DNA of 63,040 bases, counting the filler, from Lenisia limosa (taxonomy: Eukaryota > Protista > Breviatea): NCBI GenBank assembly GCA_001655205.1. It is 8 parts of 8 records of this genome, joined end to end, with 100 filler letters (N's around TTAATTAATTAA, not from the genome) between each part and the next. Parts side by side here need not be neighbours in the genome. Positions count along the whole stretch, not along the records: positions 1 to 30,868 come from LPNZ01005009.1; 7 more parts are not named here. The stretch is one strand, 5' to 3'. Position numbers and translations under genes: made by a program. Below the pieces are notes generated by a model that was not told the origin of the DNA, did no database searches, and saw only the letters and a program-made list of their open reading frames with translations. Positions 1 through 13,900 of this stretch are shown here, one piece after another (within the stretch, counting starts at the first letter, position 1; the number at the start of each line of letters is the position of its first letter).

Positions 1-504
1 CCCGCCGCAGCTTTAGGTCCCTATGTCCCCCCTCCCACACAAGAGGTTTGGCTGGCTTCTGTCCTTCCGAGCCATTGGTGCCACACGACACTGAAACAGT
101 TAATCTCTCTTATATCACTAGTTTAACAATTATTAATACTGAGCAAGTGAATGTGAAAACTCATCATGGTCTGAGTAACGCTTCAGGCACGCGCGCCAGC
201 CCCGCACCCCGGGCTTGACGAACGCGCCAATGCGGTCCAGAAGGTACAAAGGGAACGTTTTCATGAATGCTTTTTGACTCATCTCAACATGACCCTGTAG
301 GCCCGGGCCGAGTTGGCCAAACAATGGGAGGAGTTCTACCGCAAGTATCCGGAGGAGCACCCTGACTACAAGGCCCCACAGCAACAACAGCAACAGCCCC
401 AAATGCAGCAACCTCCTGTCCCCCAAGCCCCCCAGGTTGCACAGGCCTATCGTCAACAAGCACCTGTCTTCAGCCAGGTTCAGGGCCACGCTCAGTTCTA
501 CTAA
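1..504 (+). CDS. 3' end of a spliced gene with a Gln/Pro-rich C-terminus (partial)
   Basis: Acceptor ccctgtag at 300, then ARAELAKQWEEFYRKYPEEHPDYKAPQQQQQ...HAQFY* (301-504). The WEEFYRK motif loosely recalls the FUBP-type 'AWEEYYKK' motif. The N-terminus lies outside the window. Confidence 0.55.
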
Positions 505-839
505 CTCTGTCATGAATTTCTTAAGTTATCTAGGGTGGTTGGGTTTATCGTATATATATGACTCTTATCCTTTAAAGGGACTCAAAACAGAAAATTACCG
601 TCCTTCCTTGAGATGAAATATGTTTGTGAGCTGAATTCCCCTTTTCAAATGCATCAATAAACAACAAACGGGTTACTTCCCTTTTGACCTTAAATAATCC
701 CTAAAACATTAGTGGAGCAGCATGGAAATCAAATGAAAACAAGAAAAAAAGGACATTATAAGTCAGATCGGTGTACAGGGTATAGACTAATTTTGTTCGT
801 ATGGTATGTGGTTCAAGGCAACTTGGAGCTCCCCAAACC

Positions 840-2500
840 TCACCACTGGCAATCCACATACTTTCCCTACCAAGGCCAGCCTCATTAATGCTGCTCGTAT
901 TCTCTGTGGGAATCACCCTTTTTTCTGTTGATGTTCATTTTCTTATGATTCCGTTTTGATAATGGGTATGTTTCTTGTCATTATATAGTCACTAAGAAAC
1001 CAGTCGTTGCACAGTCAGTTTCGATTATGACTATTAATAACAAAAACAAAAACCGGCAATCTTGCATCACTGACTTTGATGTTAAGCCTGAACTTATGTT
1101 GAGCGTGTGTTTTCACATGAATAGTTCATTCTGAGAAAAGATCTCGCTTGAACCCCATGACACTCACAGCGCAGTTAAACATTAGATTCCATGTTGGATT
1201 AATGAACCCTCACTCTTTGGATAATACAGGCATTTAGCTTTTTAAGTATTGTATTTTTTTTTTAACGCACATAATTATTTTTACATTAGTGGAGTTAAAG
1301 TGGAATCTTGGTCGTTATGGCTTCCAAATAATGTTCCTCACGTTCAAGTTTTTTGTCTCTCCGAAATTCTTCTTCGCTTTGTATCTAAGCATTAGAAGCA
1401 GATTGCTGTGGACGAATACCACGCGGTGTCTGAGTGGTATGTGGGAACTGACACCCTTGATGAAACCGTTTGAATGATGTCTTTGATTTCTCTCGTCAGG
1501 GAGGTCTTTAGAGCGGTTATGGTTAACATTACAAAGCTCATTCAGCAGGCGAGACGTTATGCGATCCGGTTTGATCTTAACTCTATCTTCCTTTCATAGC
1601 TTCTTAGTTAATGACAGCAACATTGCCACTGGCAAGCCAGAGAACCTTGGTCTCAAACCATTTTGGACAAAGTAGTGACGGAGTCGATCGTGAGGTAATG
1701 CGTAATTGATAGTTTTTTGAGATACTACTCTAGAAATAATACTCTAGAAATAACATCCTTATCACCTCCTTTCTCTCCACCACATCTGCCAAAAGCTGTT
1801 GAATCGCAGGGCCCGTCTCTGAAGGGTGGAGATGATCGATAAGGCTGTTGAGGTGGAGAGAAGCCGACTCGATAATCTTTGGGTTGAGTTCATTGCAAAG
1901 GTATCTTACGGGCTAAAGGGAGATGGTATTGCAGAGTCCGGGAGAAGGGAATGGAAAGCATTCCGGAAATAGGATTTCCGGTTACAAGAGAAGATATTAG
2001 CCTTGGGCAGGGGTATTGGAGGAGTATTCGGTATGCTTATGACAAGGTCAAGGTCCAAATCTATTTCCGAACAAAAGAGATTCCTATACATCCACATTCT
2101 GGTAAAACAATTGCTCTTACGACTGACATCACTTACAACGTCTCAGATTTGAATGAACTAATACTATGAGAGTGGACCACCGATGCCGTAAGCAACGCAA
2201 TAAACGACCCAAATTTTGACATGCCATTAAGAATCGAGATTAACGGTGTTACCTTGGAGGATGGCGATGATATCCCTCCCAAGATAATGTCTTCCACGAA
2301 GTGCTCCAACAAATTCATTTGGGATCAAGAGAGGAAATTGTCCGCACGGGCATTATTTATGGGCATGGGATTGGCGGTTGCACAGAGTGTTTAAAAGAAG
2401 ATTGTAAGTGAAGAAGAAATATCGTCTGCAGAACTCTGTCGATGGTTGTTCAACCAAATGATACAGTTCAACAGCCGAGAAGAAATGCGATGTTAACTAG
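840..2500 (+). pseudogene. Degenerate RecQ-like SF2 helicase
   Basis: Collinear fragments: FQIMFLTFKFFVSPKFF (~1320-1375), KQIAVDEYHAVSE|WEVFRAVM (motif II; compare RecQ IAVDEAHCVSQWGHDFR; 1396-1520), LMTATLP (motif III, ~1608-1630), SIIFGLS (motif IV-like, ~1869). Joining them needs frameshifts, and there are in-frame stops. Confidence 0.5.
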
Positions 2501-3162
2501 TTGACTCTATTTCCGGTCTATTTCCGGTCCGTCTCGAAGAATGAATAAATGGTGTTAATGGTCTACCTGTTGTGGTAGTAGCAGAGTTACCAGATCATCA
2601 GCCGAGAAATGGCTCTTCAAGAAGCAAGAGGAACTTGGGGAGTAGCACGATCAGTGGTTGTACCTATTTTGAAGGCTGATGAGTGGCCTGAGGAAGAGGT
2701 AAAGGTTCTTTGTAGATGGGAAGAAGGTTGAAGATCTTGAACTGTTCAACCAGAAGTTGATTGAAGCTGAAAAGGTTGCGTTTCCCCAGAGTTCGAGGCA
2801 AAGCAGGTCGAAGCCCGCAGTGATGTTAGGAGTTGAGGATTTTTGGTGTTGTGGTTAGAACCACAGCGTTCAGTGTTATTCATTTCACAGCGGAATGGAT
2901 CGTGATCTCAAGCAGTAGGCAGCCCGGATATCCGAGAGGAACGATAGCTTCAACAACTCTACTGCCAATGACGAAACTTTCGCCAATGTTGTTGTCACTC
3001 GCATCCCTTTGACGCCCTCAATCTATCCTCCGGAAAATAACAACGTGTTGGGTTGGAAGATTATAAAACTATGAGCTTAAAAAAAAAAAAAAATTACGTA
3101 AAATTGTTATGGTGATTGAAACACCCTCCGTCCAAAAAGAATATCCAACACCAATCCCCCAC

Positions 3163-3850
3163 CCAAATTTCTCCGTTGCCTCGATCGCAAGGGCTGGCTG
3201 CATCTCAATGTTCCACGTGGCAATAAGAACATGCGAAATAGTCCTCGTGATACAGCAACCACCTTTTTTCTGAAGAGTAAAACATTTGTTGAAACATGAG
3301 GGAGTCTAACAATACAAACATAAATTATCAAAGTGGATAGGCTGACAGTAGGGGGGGGGGGGGGNNNNNNNNNNNNNNNNNNNNNNNNNNNNNNNNNNNN
3401 NNNNNNNNNNNNNNNNNNNNNNNNNNNNNNNNNNNNNNNNNNNNNNNNNNNNNNNNNAAAAGATTGGCCGAAAAAGTGTTTCAGAAAAGAAACCGAAGGT
3501 AGTACTCACGGAAGTAGCATAGATGGCCAGAGGGTCAGCCCGCGATATTACGCCATAATGCTGTCCGGCCACACCAAGCCCGGCAGCGTGCAGTTTTGTT
3601 GGTGTCCGTAAGGCCTCAAGAATCGCAATTGCCTGGGTTGAAGAGACCTTCGGATTGTTATGGATGAACCACTTGGGTGACTAAATATTCCGTATTTACG
3701 ATTCTGGATGTGAAAAAAGGAGATTATCATACATTATACATACTTTCCTATATCATGTACATGTATGTATACATACATTAATGGGAAGGGGAAGAATGTG
3801 GGAAGTGAAATATGATATTAAGCCTCACAATTGCGTTCTGCCACCTTTCA
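3163..3850 (-). CDS. Profilin family protein, PFN4-like (5' part probably in the N gap; last exon not found)
   Basis: Exon 3680-3510 SPKWFIHNNPKVSSTQAIAILEALRTPTKLHAAGLGVAGQHYGVISRADPLAIYATS and exon 3269-3163 KKGGCCITRTISHVLIATWNIEMQPALAIEATEKFG. These match the profilin pattern GL..AG.KY...RAD...IY...GG.....T...LIA.Y...MQP....EA.E.LG. Confidence 0.75.
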
Positions 3851-4995
3851 CTCCCCCCCCCCCCCCCCCNNNNNNNNNNNNNNNNNNNNNNNNNNNNNNN
3901 NNNNNNNNNNNNNNNNNNNNNNNNNNNNNNNNNNNNNNNNNNNNNNNNNNNNNNNNNNNNNNNNNNNNNNNNNNNNNNNNNNNNNNNNNNNNNNNNNNNN
4001 NNNNNNNNNNNNNNNNNNNNNNNNNNNNNNNNNNNNNNNNNNNNNNNNNNNNNNNNNNNNNNNNNNNNNNNNNNNNNNNNNNNNNNNNNNNNNNNNNNNN
4101 NNNNNNNNNNNNNNNNNNNNNNNNNNNNNNNNNNNNNNNNNNNNNTACTTCTAGTCATTAGGAGGAAAGAAAAAAACCTTCACACGCGTCATATTTGACT
4201 ATTGTCATCCTCATACCTGTCCGCATATCTCCCTTATACTCCCTCATACCACCAGCATTCAAGCTCCCTAACACCTGTCCTCAGACCACCCACATTCAAG
4301 CTCCCATATGCTCTCTCATACCACCATTCAAGCAGACGTTTGTGTTGTTGCGCCTCCTCGGGGTTGGAAAGGCGTCAAACACGTCAAATGATCTTTGTTA
4401 CCACTTTCGCCACAGATCACTAGGTAACTACGGTACACTACTTTTACCACAACACCATGCTACTCTTAACTACAACACTATCAAACAGGTATCAAAAAAT
4501 ATTACAGTTGTGTTGAGCCAGTGGCCCGCGAGTGGAAAAAAGAAAGAAAAATTTTCTGTATTTTTTCTTGGGCACAATCATTTATTTTTAAGTAGAGTCA
4601 TTTCGTGTTATTTTCATTGACATAGTGTTGACGCTTCTAACTTACACTCTTTTCGCTTTTTACTAAGAGAGTCAGGGATCGTCAGCTTATTTGCTATGCT
4701 ACCCTTCTTTTTGGAATCCTAAAGGATACCCATTTAAAAATTTACCAAAAATTAACTCTTGTTGTAAGATGCGTCTTTGTCATTATCACCCCTCGCTGTA
4801 CAAGTCTGTCGACTGGTTCTGAACCCACTCAAGGGCACCTTGGTGACTTGGATGCTTGAGACACCGGTGGGATCAGAGTGCAACCAGCGGGAATGGGATA
4901 GTCCGGAGGGTGTATGACCTCAAAAAAGAAACAGAAAGAAATTCATATTAGCAACAAAACAAAACGGCATTCACATAACCATCCGCATCTCTCCC

Positions 4996-7900
4996 TTATG
5001 AATTGGCTTCTGGTATTTGTCTGAATTTAGACCGCCTGAAAAAGTTGCTCAAAAGCTGGTTGGACGGTCGGAGCATATTTCCGTATCCTTCAACCAGAGC
5101 CCTGAAAAGGAAATTACTTTTTTATCGGGAATAAAATTATATCTACTCAGTATTCACTTAACACAGGGTTCCAATAAAATTTAGTGAGATAATTGCACAG
5201 TGTGAATGACCCCATTACCCACTTTCTGATTTGTTCCTTGCAGAACATTGGGAAAGGGCTAACCAAGAACTGAAGCCTTTCTGTTTCCGAGTTTTTGTAG
5301 AGGTTGCGTGGGCTCTGGAAGAGTGTTAGTGATAATAGGACCCAATACAGTTTGACAGTCGTCCGTTGAAGTGCATGGGGGGGGGGGGTCATAAAATTAC
5401 CCAAGTTTGCCAGCAAACCCAACATACCATTTGCTGCAAGACGCTCTTGAAAGAATGGTATGCGATGGNNNNNNNNNNNNNNNNNNNNNNNNNNNNNNNN
5501 NNNNNNNNNNNNNNNNNNNNNNNNNNNNNNAAGCCACTCAATAACTTCGTGCTGAGGGTGTGAGTCTAGGTCGAGCGGGGGTGGGGGTAGGCATGTTTTT
5601 CAGTAAAGCCAAGAGAATTAGTTTCTGTTGGCTTTGATTGTGTTATTTTTTTTACACATGATAAGGATCGGAGATAAATGAAGATTATAATGTCAAAATA
5701 CATTTAACTCAAATTTTCGAAGAAATGAGAGATGCTAGCTTTTGATATGAAAGCCTTACGGATTCAATCTGCCAGTCAACAGGCAGGTAGTGGTTGTCGA
5801 TATAAGAGACGGGCAGTGCGAAGTCTATGGCCACTGTGAAGGTGATGAAAAGGTAATCAATTCACATGCGCAAAGCAAAGAATCCCAGCATAAGCAGCAA
5901 CAATGCCATTGATTGAAAAAGGTGAAAGGTTCCCACATAGGATGTTTGTGAGTCTTTGGTTGAGCATCTCGACGTTGACCTTAGTCTGGGACTGAAAGGC
6001 CTCAATCAGCCTCACAACGTCACCAGGTGTCAGTTTGCCTAGGCTGTTAGAAGGTCTCAAATGTCAGGACGGAATATCTGCAAATCTCTAGTCTTTTCGG
6101 GCTCAAAACAGATAGGCCTTGCTTGATGGGGTATACGGTAAAGACCCCCTTACCTTTGACTAATTCAAACTTCTTGGGGGTGATCTTGGTGGAATAGTGT
6201 AGGAGAAGCCAGAAAGATTCAGCGCATATTTTGGTCTGTGAGAGGACCTATTCGGATTAATGACTTACATGATGAATTGATACCACGAAGTGCATTATAC
6301 TGAGATGGCAGGCAACGCACATATGTCAGTTCGGCGGCGATGGATGCTTCCGGCGTGTTGATGGCCCGGGCAAACTGGTCGAACGTTAACCAGAGGGCCA
6401 CTGACGGGTGTGCCCGGAGAGAAAGGGTCAACGCCGTGCCGTATGCTTGGGTTTTGCAATTGATCTGGGGGGGGGGTGAGAAATGTGTCATTTAAATCCC
6501 AAAAAGGCGTGAAAAATCGATACTACAATAGTTTGGATGAAGCGTGGAATTAGGTATCCTAGATGATGAAGTCACCCTAATAAATTGGCCTCATCCCACT
6601 AATCTCGTATCGATTACAGGCAGTTCTTCATGGTGCGACTGGAATGGTGAAAAGTGGGCACAATTCAGTATTTCACTTCAGTCTGAGCATGGATGTGATG
6701 CCTACCACAAAACACTCCAAACGCGGCGGATTGACGAAAGGCAAATTCACAGCACAGAGAATCGTTTTTAAGACATCTGAACCAAATTATTTTAAAAAAT
6801 AAAGCGGTGGAAACAAGATAACCAAAGAAGAAAATGTTCGAGGTTAAAGTCCGAACCCACTTGTTGAAATAGATTCATTGTTCTTTTGGATATAGTCGCA
6901 AATAGCTGGGTAATCTTGAGGCCGTTGCTCTGCTAAAGTCAACCCTGCTTTACCTGAGTGGCAGATTTGTTCCTAACCCCCCACCGCAGCATTGCTTGAA
7001 TATTTCCACCAAAATGCTCTCATTCAGTCCAGCTGAACAGTTGGATTCACTCAAAAAAGAAAGTAATGGCAGAACTATTCTGAAAAAAATTAAATCCCCC
7101 CCTCTGACAAAATTTGAGGTTATTTTCAAGTATGGTATCCTTTTCACAGTGTTGAGCAGCCTAAATGCGTAAATGAGAAAACAAGGGAAATATCTATTAG
7201 TTTATATAGTATACTATGATATTATACATGTATTTGTATATCATATGATATAATATAATGCCATATAGTATATCGAATATTATTATATGGTCATAGTCCA
7301 TATAAAAGTTAACATGTTTTGTTATGAAGGGTATCAGTCCATGCTCACGGCATTCATGAGCGAAATTGCCAAAGGTAAAGGGGTATCCCCGACTGCCGGC
7401 CCTGGACTCGTTAATATACAACAAAATGAGAACGGCATTCGGTAAAACTTCTTGTCGTCTTGGCAACCCCTCAACCTGGGTTAAGCTCCTTGAGAGTCTT
7501 ATAAACTATTTCAGCCGCATGGGTCGAGCTATAAGATGAAACATGTATGAAAGTATAGTACATATCGATATCAACATGCATGAAATGCCATCGATATCAA
7601 CATGCATGTAATGCTATCGATATCAACATGCATGCAATGCTATCGTTTGCTATAATAATGCTATTCTGAGCTTCCTTGGGTACTAATCAACTTTATTTCT
7701 CCATGAATTTCACATAATTATACATATGGTATTCAAAATGAGGGCTTCCCAAAAAGTATTCTGAGATTCAGTCTATGCTGTCGAGAAAGCGGTTGGAATA
7801 AGGGCAAGATAAGCTGAGCACAGGAATACCTTCCTTCACCACAAAGTATTGGAACAGTCGAAATGGAGGACATGAGCAAAAGTTTTGAAATGGTTTCGAT

Positions 7901-10900
7901 GTGGTCATCACTTAAATGGCCTGGATTGTCAGAACCGATGGAAAGATCCCATGGACTATCAAAGATGGGTCGCCCAATACTAAGTGCGTCTTTGACAAGC
8001 TTTGTAAGTCCTTCAACTGCTTTATTGGGAAGTTGATCAGGTAGATCAAAGAAGAAGTCAACGTTATCAACAATTTTCTGAAGGGTCAAATCGGCAAATC
8101 CATATCCATATACGGAATAAAAAAAAGATTGCAACTGCAGTCCCCATTCAAAATGATGAGGAGAATCACACCTTCATTTCAGCGATCAGAATGGAGCAGC
8201 ACTCAGCCTGAGTGCCTTCTAATAGAAACACTTTCACCATCTAAATGTTCAATATGAGGGGCTTGGCATATTTCAATAAAATGAAACACAGTTTTTGACC
8301 AGAGATGATCGTCTTACAAAAAAGCTTAAATAGTAAACAAAATCAGATCATCCCTCCAAGATAATCCTATCTTACATCAAGGAGTTTTTGACTTAGGTCA
8401 GTGGTTCCCTTCAAGCATAACTCCTGAGAGGGTAAGTTGGCTGCAGTCTTCAGCTGGTATAGTCCACGTCTACTAAATAATACTATATCATAGTAGATAT
8501 CATAAATTATGTGAATATGTACTATCAAACATGGAGGCGTCTTATATTGTTATATCATAGAATGTATCTCTACATATTTAATCTAATAGAATGTATCTCT
8601 ACATATTTATACTGTTAGCAGTCCATCCTCCCCGCAGACTTTCGCAAGATAGATTCTCGACCAACTGCAATCAATGAGCTTGGTCATCTGCTGCCAACTG
8701 GTGATCGCATGGATGATCTAAATTGTCAATGCTGTGGTGGGAGTGGAACATATTATGGGCAACACACACCCAGGGATAACATGGCACTATCGACAGTTTC
8801 GGTCGGTCTCTGAGTCCTACAAGCCAGTACCAACATCGTCTCGGAGACCGTCTGATTTGATAGTCATGCGGGCAACAGAAAGCAGCAAGTCCCCGTCAGC
8901 GTCCTCACTGACATATTAGAAATGGTGTGGGTGTGGCGTAAATAGTGGAATAGTTTACGTTTATACTATGTAATATGACAGAGGATCTCACCTAAGATAC
9001 TCGTGAAGAACCTCAAACACTTTGTGCGCGTCCGTCAGCTGAAGAAGTAAACCTCCGAAAGCTTGAGGGAAAAGCTGGATAGTATGCGAAAACAGCAACC
9101 TGATTTAAAAGCCTACATATTCCAAAAACTTCAGTAGCTGCATTCGGTTCAGGTTATCAGCATCTTTGATGGAAATCTCACAGCCTGGTTTGTTATACTG
9201 CCACGGTTCCAAGGCCATGGAATGCACATCAATGAATCTCTGATTAAGTCCGTATGAACCCTCATGCTATCTTTTTTGACTCAGAAGTCATCAACCCTGG
9301 CCAGTGTTCAAAGGATGTTGACATCGGCAACCACAGACCTTCAATAAGGGCAGCAGTGAAGCCAGGCGAGAAAGACGTGTACTCGCACAGGTTCAGCCCG
9401 CTCTGGGCAACACCTATTGCTATGCTGGGGCAGAAGCGCTTGAACAACTTCCGCAATTCGATGGGGTTGGTTTCCTGGATAATCAAGGGGTCAGAGTAAG
9501 TTAAAATGCACACACGATATTAAAGCAAGAGGGGGTAAGATGTCGACATTGTCAAAGAGATTCGTGGTATCCACGCATACCTTGTTAATAACTTTAGTGA
9601 CTTCGAGGGGGTGGGTCAAAGCATACTGCTCGTCAAGCATGTCAACAAGCCAACTGGCAGGGTCGTTACTAATGATCATTTCTGCCATGAAGCTCTGCAT
9701 TTCGGGGTACTTGGAGAGAGCGGCTTTTACTCGTTTACCGTCAAAGTCGTTACCTCTCTATACAAGTTAGAGATGCAGCTAAAACACTATGGGATTGATA
9801 TCATTCATTATTTTGAAAAAACAGATCAGGACCATTGATATATAAAAGCCTGGGGGAGTACCAAGGGCTTCTCTGTTTATTATTACCGCCTTTCCAAACC
9901 TGTTGAATGATGTGGACAATGGTATTTGAGGAATAGAATCCCCAGGGCATATGCTCAAGGAAGCCAAGGATCGACTCAGCAGGCAGCATCAGGAGGGAGT
10001 TGATACGGATGCCTTCTCGAGAGGTGGCTAAGAGCTGTCCGCACTCGCTCCATCTGAGGGTAATCAATAGGGGATGTGATGAGTGATATGAACGAGAGTT
10101 AATACTGAATACGTTGCATTCTTACATTTTGTGGTCAGGACAAGCTGTCAGAATCTGAAGAGCCAAAGTCAAGCCGTTTTGGTTAAAGATTGGGCACAAT
10201 AACAATAAAGCTACCAATATGATGTTGCAAGGGCAAAATACCTCTCTTCATATTAGTGGGGTGTGCACTTCAAAAATACACACGATTTCTCTGACTCGTT
10301 CCCTTCCCCCCCCCCCCCNNNNNNNNNNNNNNNNNNNNNNNNNNNNNNNNNNNNNNNNNNNNNNNNNNNNNNNNNNNNNNNNNNNNNNNNNNNNNNNNNN
10401 NNNNNNNNNGTGTTGAACTTATTGACTGGATTTCCTAGAATTATTAGAGAAAAAATCGAATGAGAAGCTAAGAAGGCTCTCGAAATAATAACAAAAGGCG
10501 TACCTCAGTAGTAATGTCGGTGTAGATCAGCTGCCTGATTCCGAATATGTGCATTTGGGCGTCAAGCACAGCGTCTAGTGAGCTGTCTTTGTAGATGACA
10601 TTCAGCTGCTTTCGTAAGAATGAAGGGATACTATCCAAAAAGGTGGGCAGCTTGATACTAACTTTAGAATGTTAGTATTGGTTTGATATCAAGAGACTGG
10701 CGCCTTATATACCCGGGTGTGTATGTGTAAAACACGGGGTGGGGTTACAAAAGTGAATATATTAACCCCGTCTGACTTTTCTTTTGAAGTCCATAAACGG
10801 CTGTAACCCATACATACTGTATCCCCTAAAGTGGTAATGAATTGCTGGAAGCATTGGTTATCATAACTCAAGAACTCATTGTTCAAAGCTCATAAACAGC

Positions 10901-13900
10901 CACTTACACTATTCCAATTCCTTGAGACTGTTCCATGGCTTGAGAAACAACTTCGGCTGGGATGAGCTCCACGAAGGTGTCCTTGTCAATATCGATAATG
11001 GCAAGGATAGCGCTGTAAAAATCGGATAGATTTGGGAAATATGCGAGATATCTAACCCATGCCTGACATGTGGGCAGTTTTTCCCGAAACGAAATTTTAG
11101 CTAATTCCAGGTAGTAGTCGGCTTTTGAGGAGACAAACTGCTTTGTTGGAGGGATATTGGCTGCAATCTAGGGTGTCAAAAACACACCGTTCATCTACGA
11201 ATTATCATTGTATCAAACACAAACAAAACTTATTAACGTCATCTTTTCAACAATATAATAATACTCAACACCGTTCAGCATTATTCCCATTGAAGTGATG
11301 CCTACTTTCATGGCCCATCCGCTCGTTGTTGTGGCTCTCATCCAATTCGCCTCGGCGAGTGCGGAACAATAGTCGCTTTCAATGGTAGTCAGCTCCATAT
11401 CGTCTTGTCTATTCAGGTACTACAAGGTCAAAACAGAAATAACGAAGTGAAGCTCACCTCTTGCACCAGAGCTGGAACACCACTGCTCTGAGCGAATTGG
11501 AGGGCCGACACAAGAGGAAGATGGGTGGGTGCATAAAAGCGTGTTCGGTTGTCAACAGTCCAATAGGGGTGGTACATGCCCATCATGTGATTCATTCGAT
11601 GGTAGAATAGTACACAGTCGGAGGGGGTGGTCACACGGCGATCCCAGAACTCATTTTGTACAAAGGGCCTACCGAGTCAAAGCGTGGAATTGGAAGTCAT
11701 ATTAATTGAGAAGTTTGTTGTTCATTTGTATTCATACTCTCATGTAGTTGAGTAACATTGAAAGGATTAGAGTAGAGAAGCTCCTGGTGTGTCCTGAAAC
11801 GTCTCAATCAGATCACAGAACCCCAATTTCGAAGACTATGACATGATGTGTATGAGGGAAAAGAATCTAAAATCGGATGATGTTTGCCTCAGAGTGGCTA
11901 AAATAGATATCAACAACGTCCAACCATACTTTCCCACTAATATGCCAAAGTGAACACAATTTACCCATCATACAGAACAATGGAATACGACTGTGACATT
12001 GCCGGGAGCATGACGAGGGGCAAGATTGCTGAGGGCAGATGCTGGGCAGACCCTGGGTCAAGAGACACCCGGTCTCTGATGGTCTGAAAGCATCAATGGA
12101 TGTTTACAAATATCGGTGTAAGTACAGTATGCCTGAAATATGATACAGTGAAACTAGTTCAAAATCACATAGGCCAAGGAATATAATTTGCGGACTATTG
12201 TCCCACTATTGCAGCAAGTTGAAGAGCAGCTGTGCAGAGCAGAGAAAGAGGCTTGCTATAAAAGTCGTTCATTTCAGCCTAGAGAGTAAATATGGCTTGC
12301 CCTATCTCTTCTTCCGCCTACCGGGTCACGCTCATCGAGTTCTCCTTCAATGGGAGGGAGGGGTGCTGCCGTAATTTGCTTATGAAGATAATACTCCAGA
12401 CTAAACAAACGTTGTTCACCTGTTCCATTCTCTCTCTGGGAAGGTAAAGAATGGACTTCAGATATCGGTAATAGCTGAGAGAGTTTTCAAAGCGTAATGG
12501 AACCATGTGGAGTATTACAATGATGGGGTTGACAACAAGACCGTTTATTGCAAACCCCTTGAATAGGAAATAGTCCTTCAAGTTCTTCAATTAAATCTTC
12601 GTCGCCCCTAAAGAAGATGAAAAGGGAATATATATAAACAAAGATTAATACAAATATTGTAACATTTTATTCCATTTGCCCTTGTTTCAAAAACAGATGC
12701 AGCTAGGAGAAAGGCTCACGATGAGAAGACCTCTTGAATACGCATTTGGTCGGCTTCGGAGCGGCAAACTTTCTAAAGGATGTTATAAGGCGGTTTATTT
12801 GCCACGGAAATAATATTGCTGCTCACGTTTACAGAAAGAACGTTCGCTCTGTTCATGTTGGGGTTGGGAGTTGGCAGCTGCAATTGCGGATAACCGCTCG
12901 ACCACATCGCCTTTGTTGTTACAAATGAAAGGAGGTCTGACTGCTTTGATCGAAATATATCGATGATATCGAAACTCAGAAATCTTTTCAATAAAGTGAA
13001 TCCTGGGGTACAAACAAAGAGATGCAACACCCCCCCCCCCCNNNNNNNNNNNNNNNNNNNNNNNNNNNNNNNNNNNNNNNNNNNNNNNNNNNNNNNNNNN
13101 NNNNNGTTAATTGTTAGTACTGTTCCCAGTTGGACTGATAAGATTCTCGTATTCTTGCTTTAAGGAATACCCAGAAAAGTAGTTCTGTCATCATATTTCC
13201 AAACCAAAAATCCGTTATATTAAACTGAAAAGGCCTACTTGGAGGGTGAGAATGCTGCTCATTCCACTAGGATTCAAGAGCTGAAAAGTAAGACACTGAC
13301 TTGGCTTTTCAAATTTGTAAGAAGTTCAGTACCTACAAATAAAAATTAAAGAACTTGCAATGCTACTGTTTATCCCTCACATTTGTTGGGTTTAGAGCGA
13401 ATGATCGCCCAACGGCAATGAAGGCGAAAAACGCATCGTGAAGGAACTGACAACTCTGATAGCATGAGGATTAAATATACGTTAAAATATGGCTGAAACG
13501 GTCACACCATCACCTGAATAATGATGTCTAGGTTATACATTTATCGGGTAAGGAGGCAACAGAATATGACCCCCGTCACGTCTGCATTCAAGTTGATGGA
13601 TTGCGAATCGGCTTCTATCAGGTCTTCTAATGCCTTCTTTATGATGGAGATCAGCACCTTGAATGGCATCTGAAAAAGAATCAAAAGCAAGGCAGGTGAG
13701 TGGCAACTGTCCGACTTGTGGTCAATATGTACTTTACTACAAAAGTGCTTACCTGTGAGAAGCTCAGGTTACGCGATTCGGACAGATCCTGACCTGATTC
13801 CTGTACATAAGAATGAATAGCAAACTACACTTTTGGACGCTACATATTAAACATATTACTACACTACTATATCTTATGACATACTATTGATTTCCTCCCC

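Noticed and set aside
2880-3010. DASDNNIG on the minus strand as Ty3/gypsy RNase H
   Set aside because: The following residues do not match the AVLSQ...PVAYASR pattern, and no RT or integrase motifs are nearby.
3778-4198. Long ORFs in the track containing X runs (also 30237, 37327, 39210, 58186 and others)
   Set aside because: They are open only because N gaps lack stop codons.
5857-7150. A reassigned genetic code suggested by apparent in-frame stops
   Set aside because: The stops checked resolve with alternative short GT-AG introns, and PRP43, PRP19 and SRP19 translate cleanly with the standard code.
11428-11634. YHPYWTVDNRTRFY as a CxC5/KDZ transposase module
   Set aside because: It lacks the Cys cluster and is an in-phase exon of the large host-like minus-strand gene.
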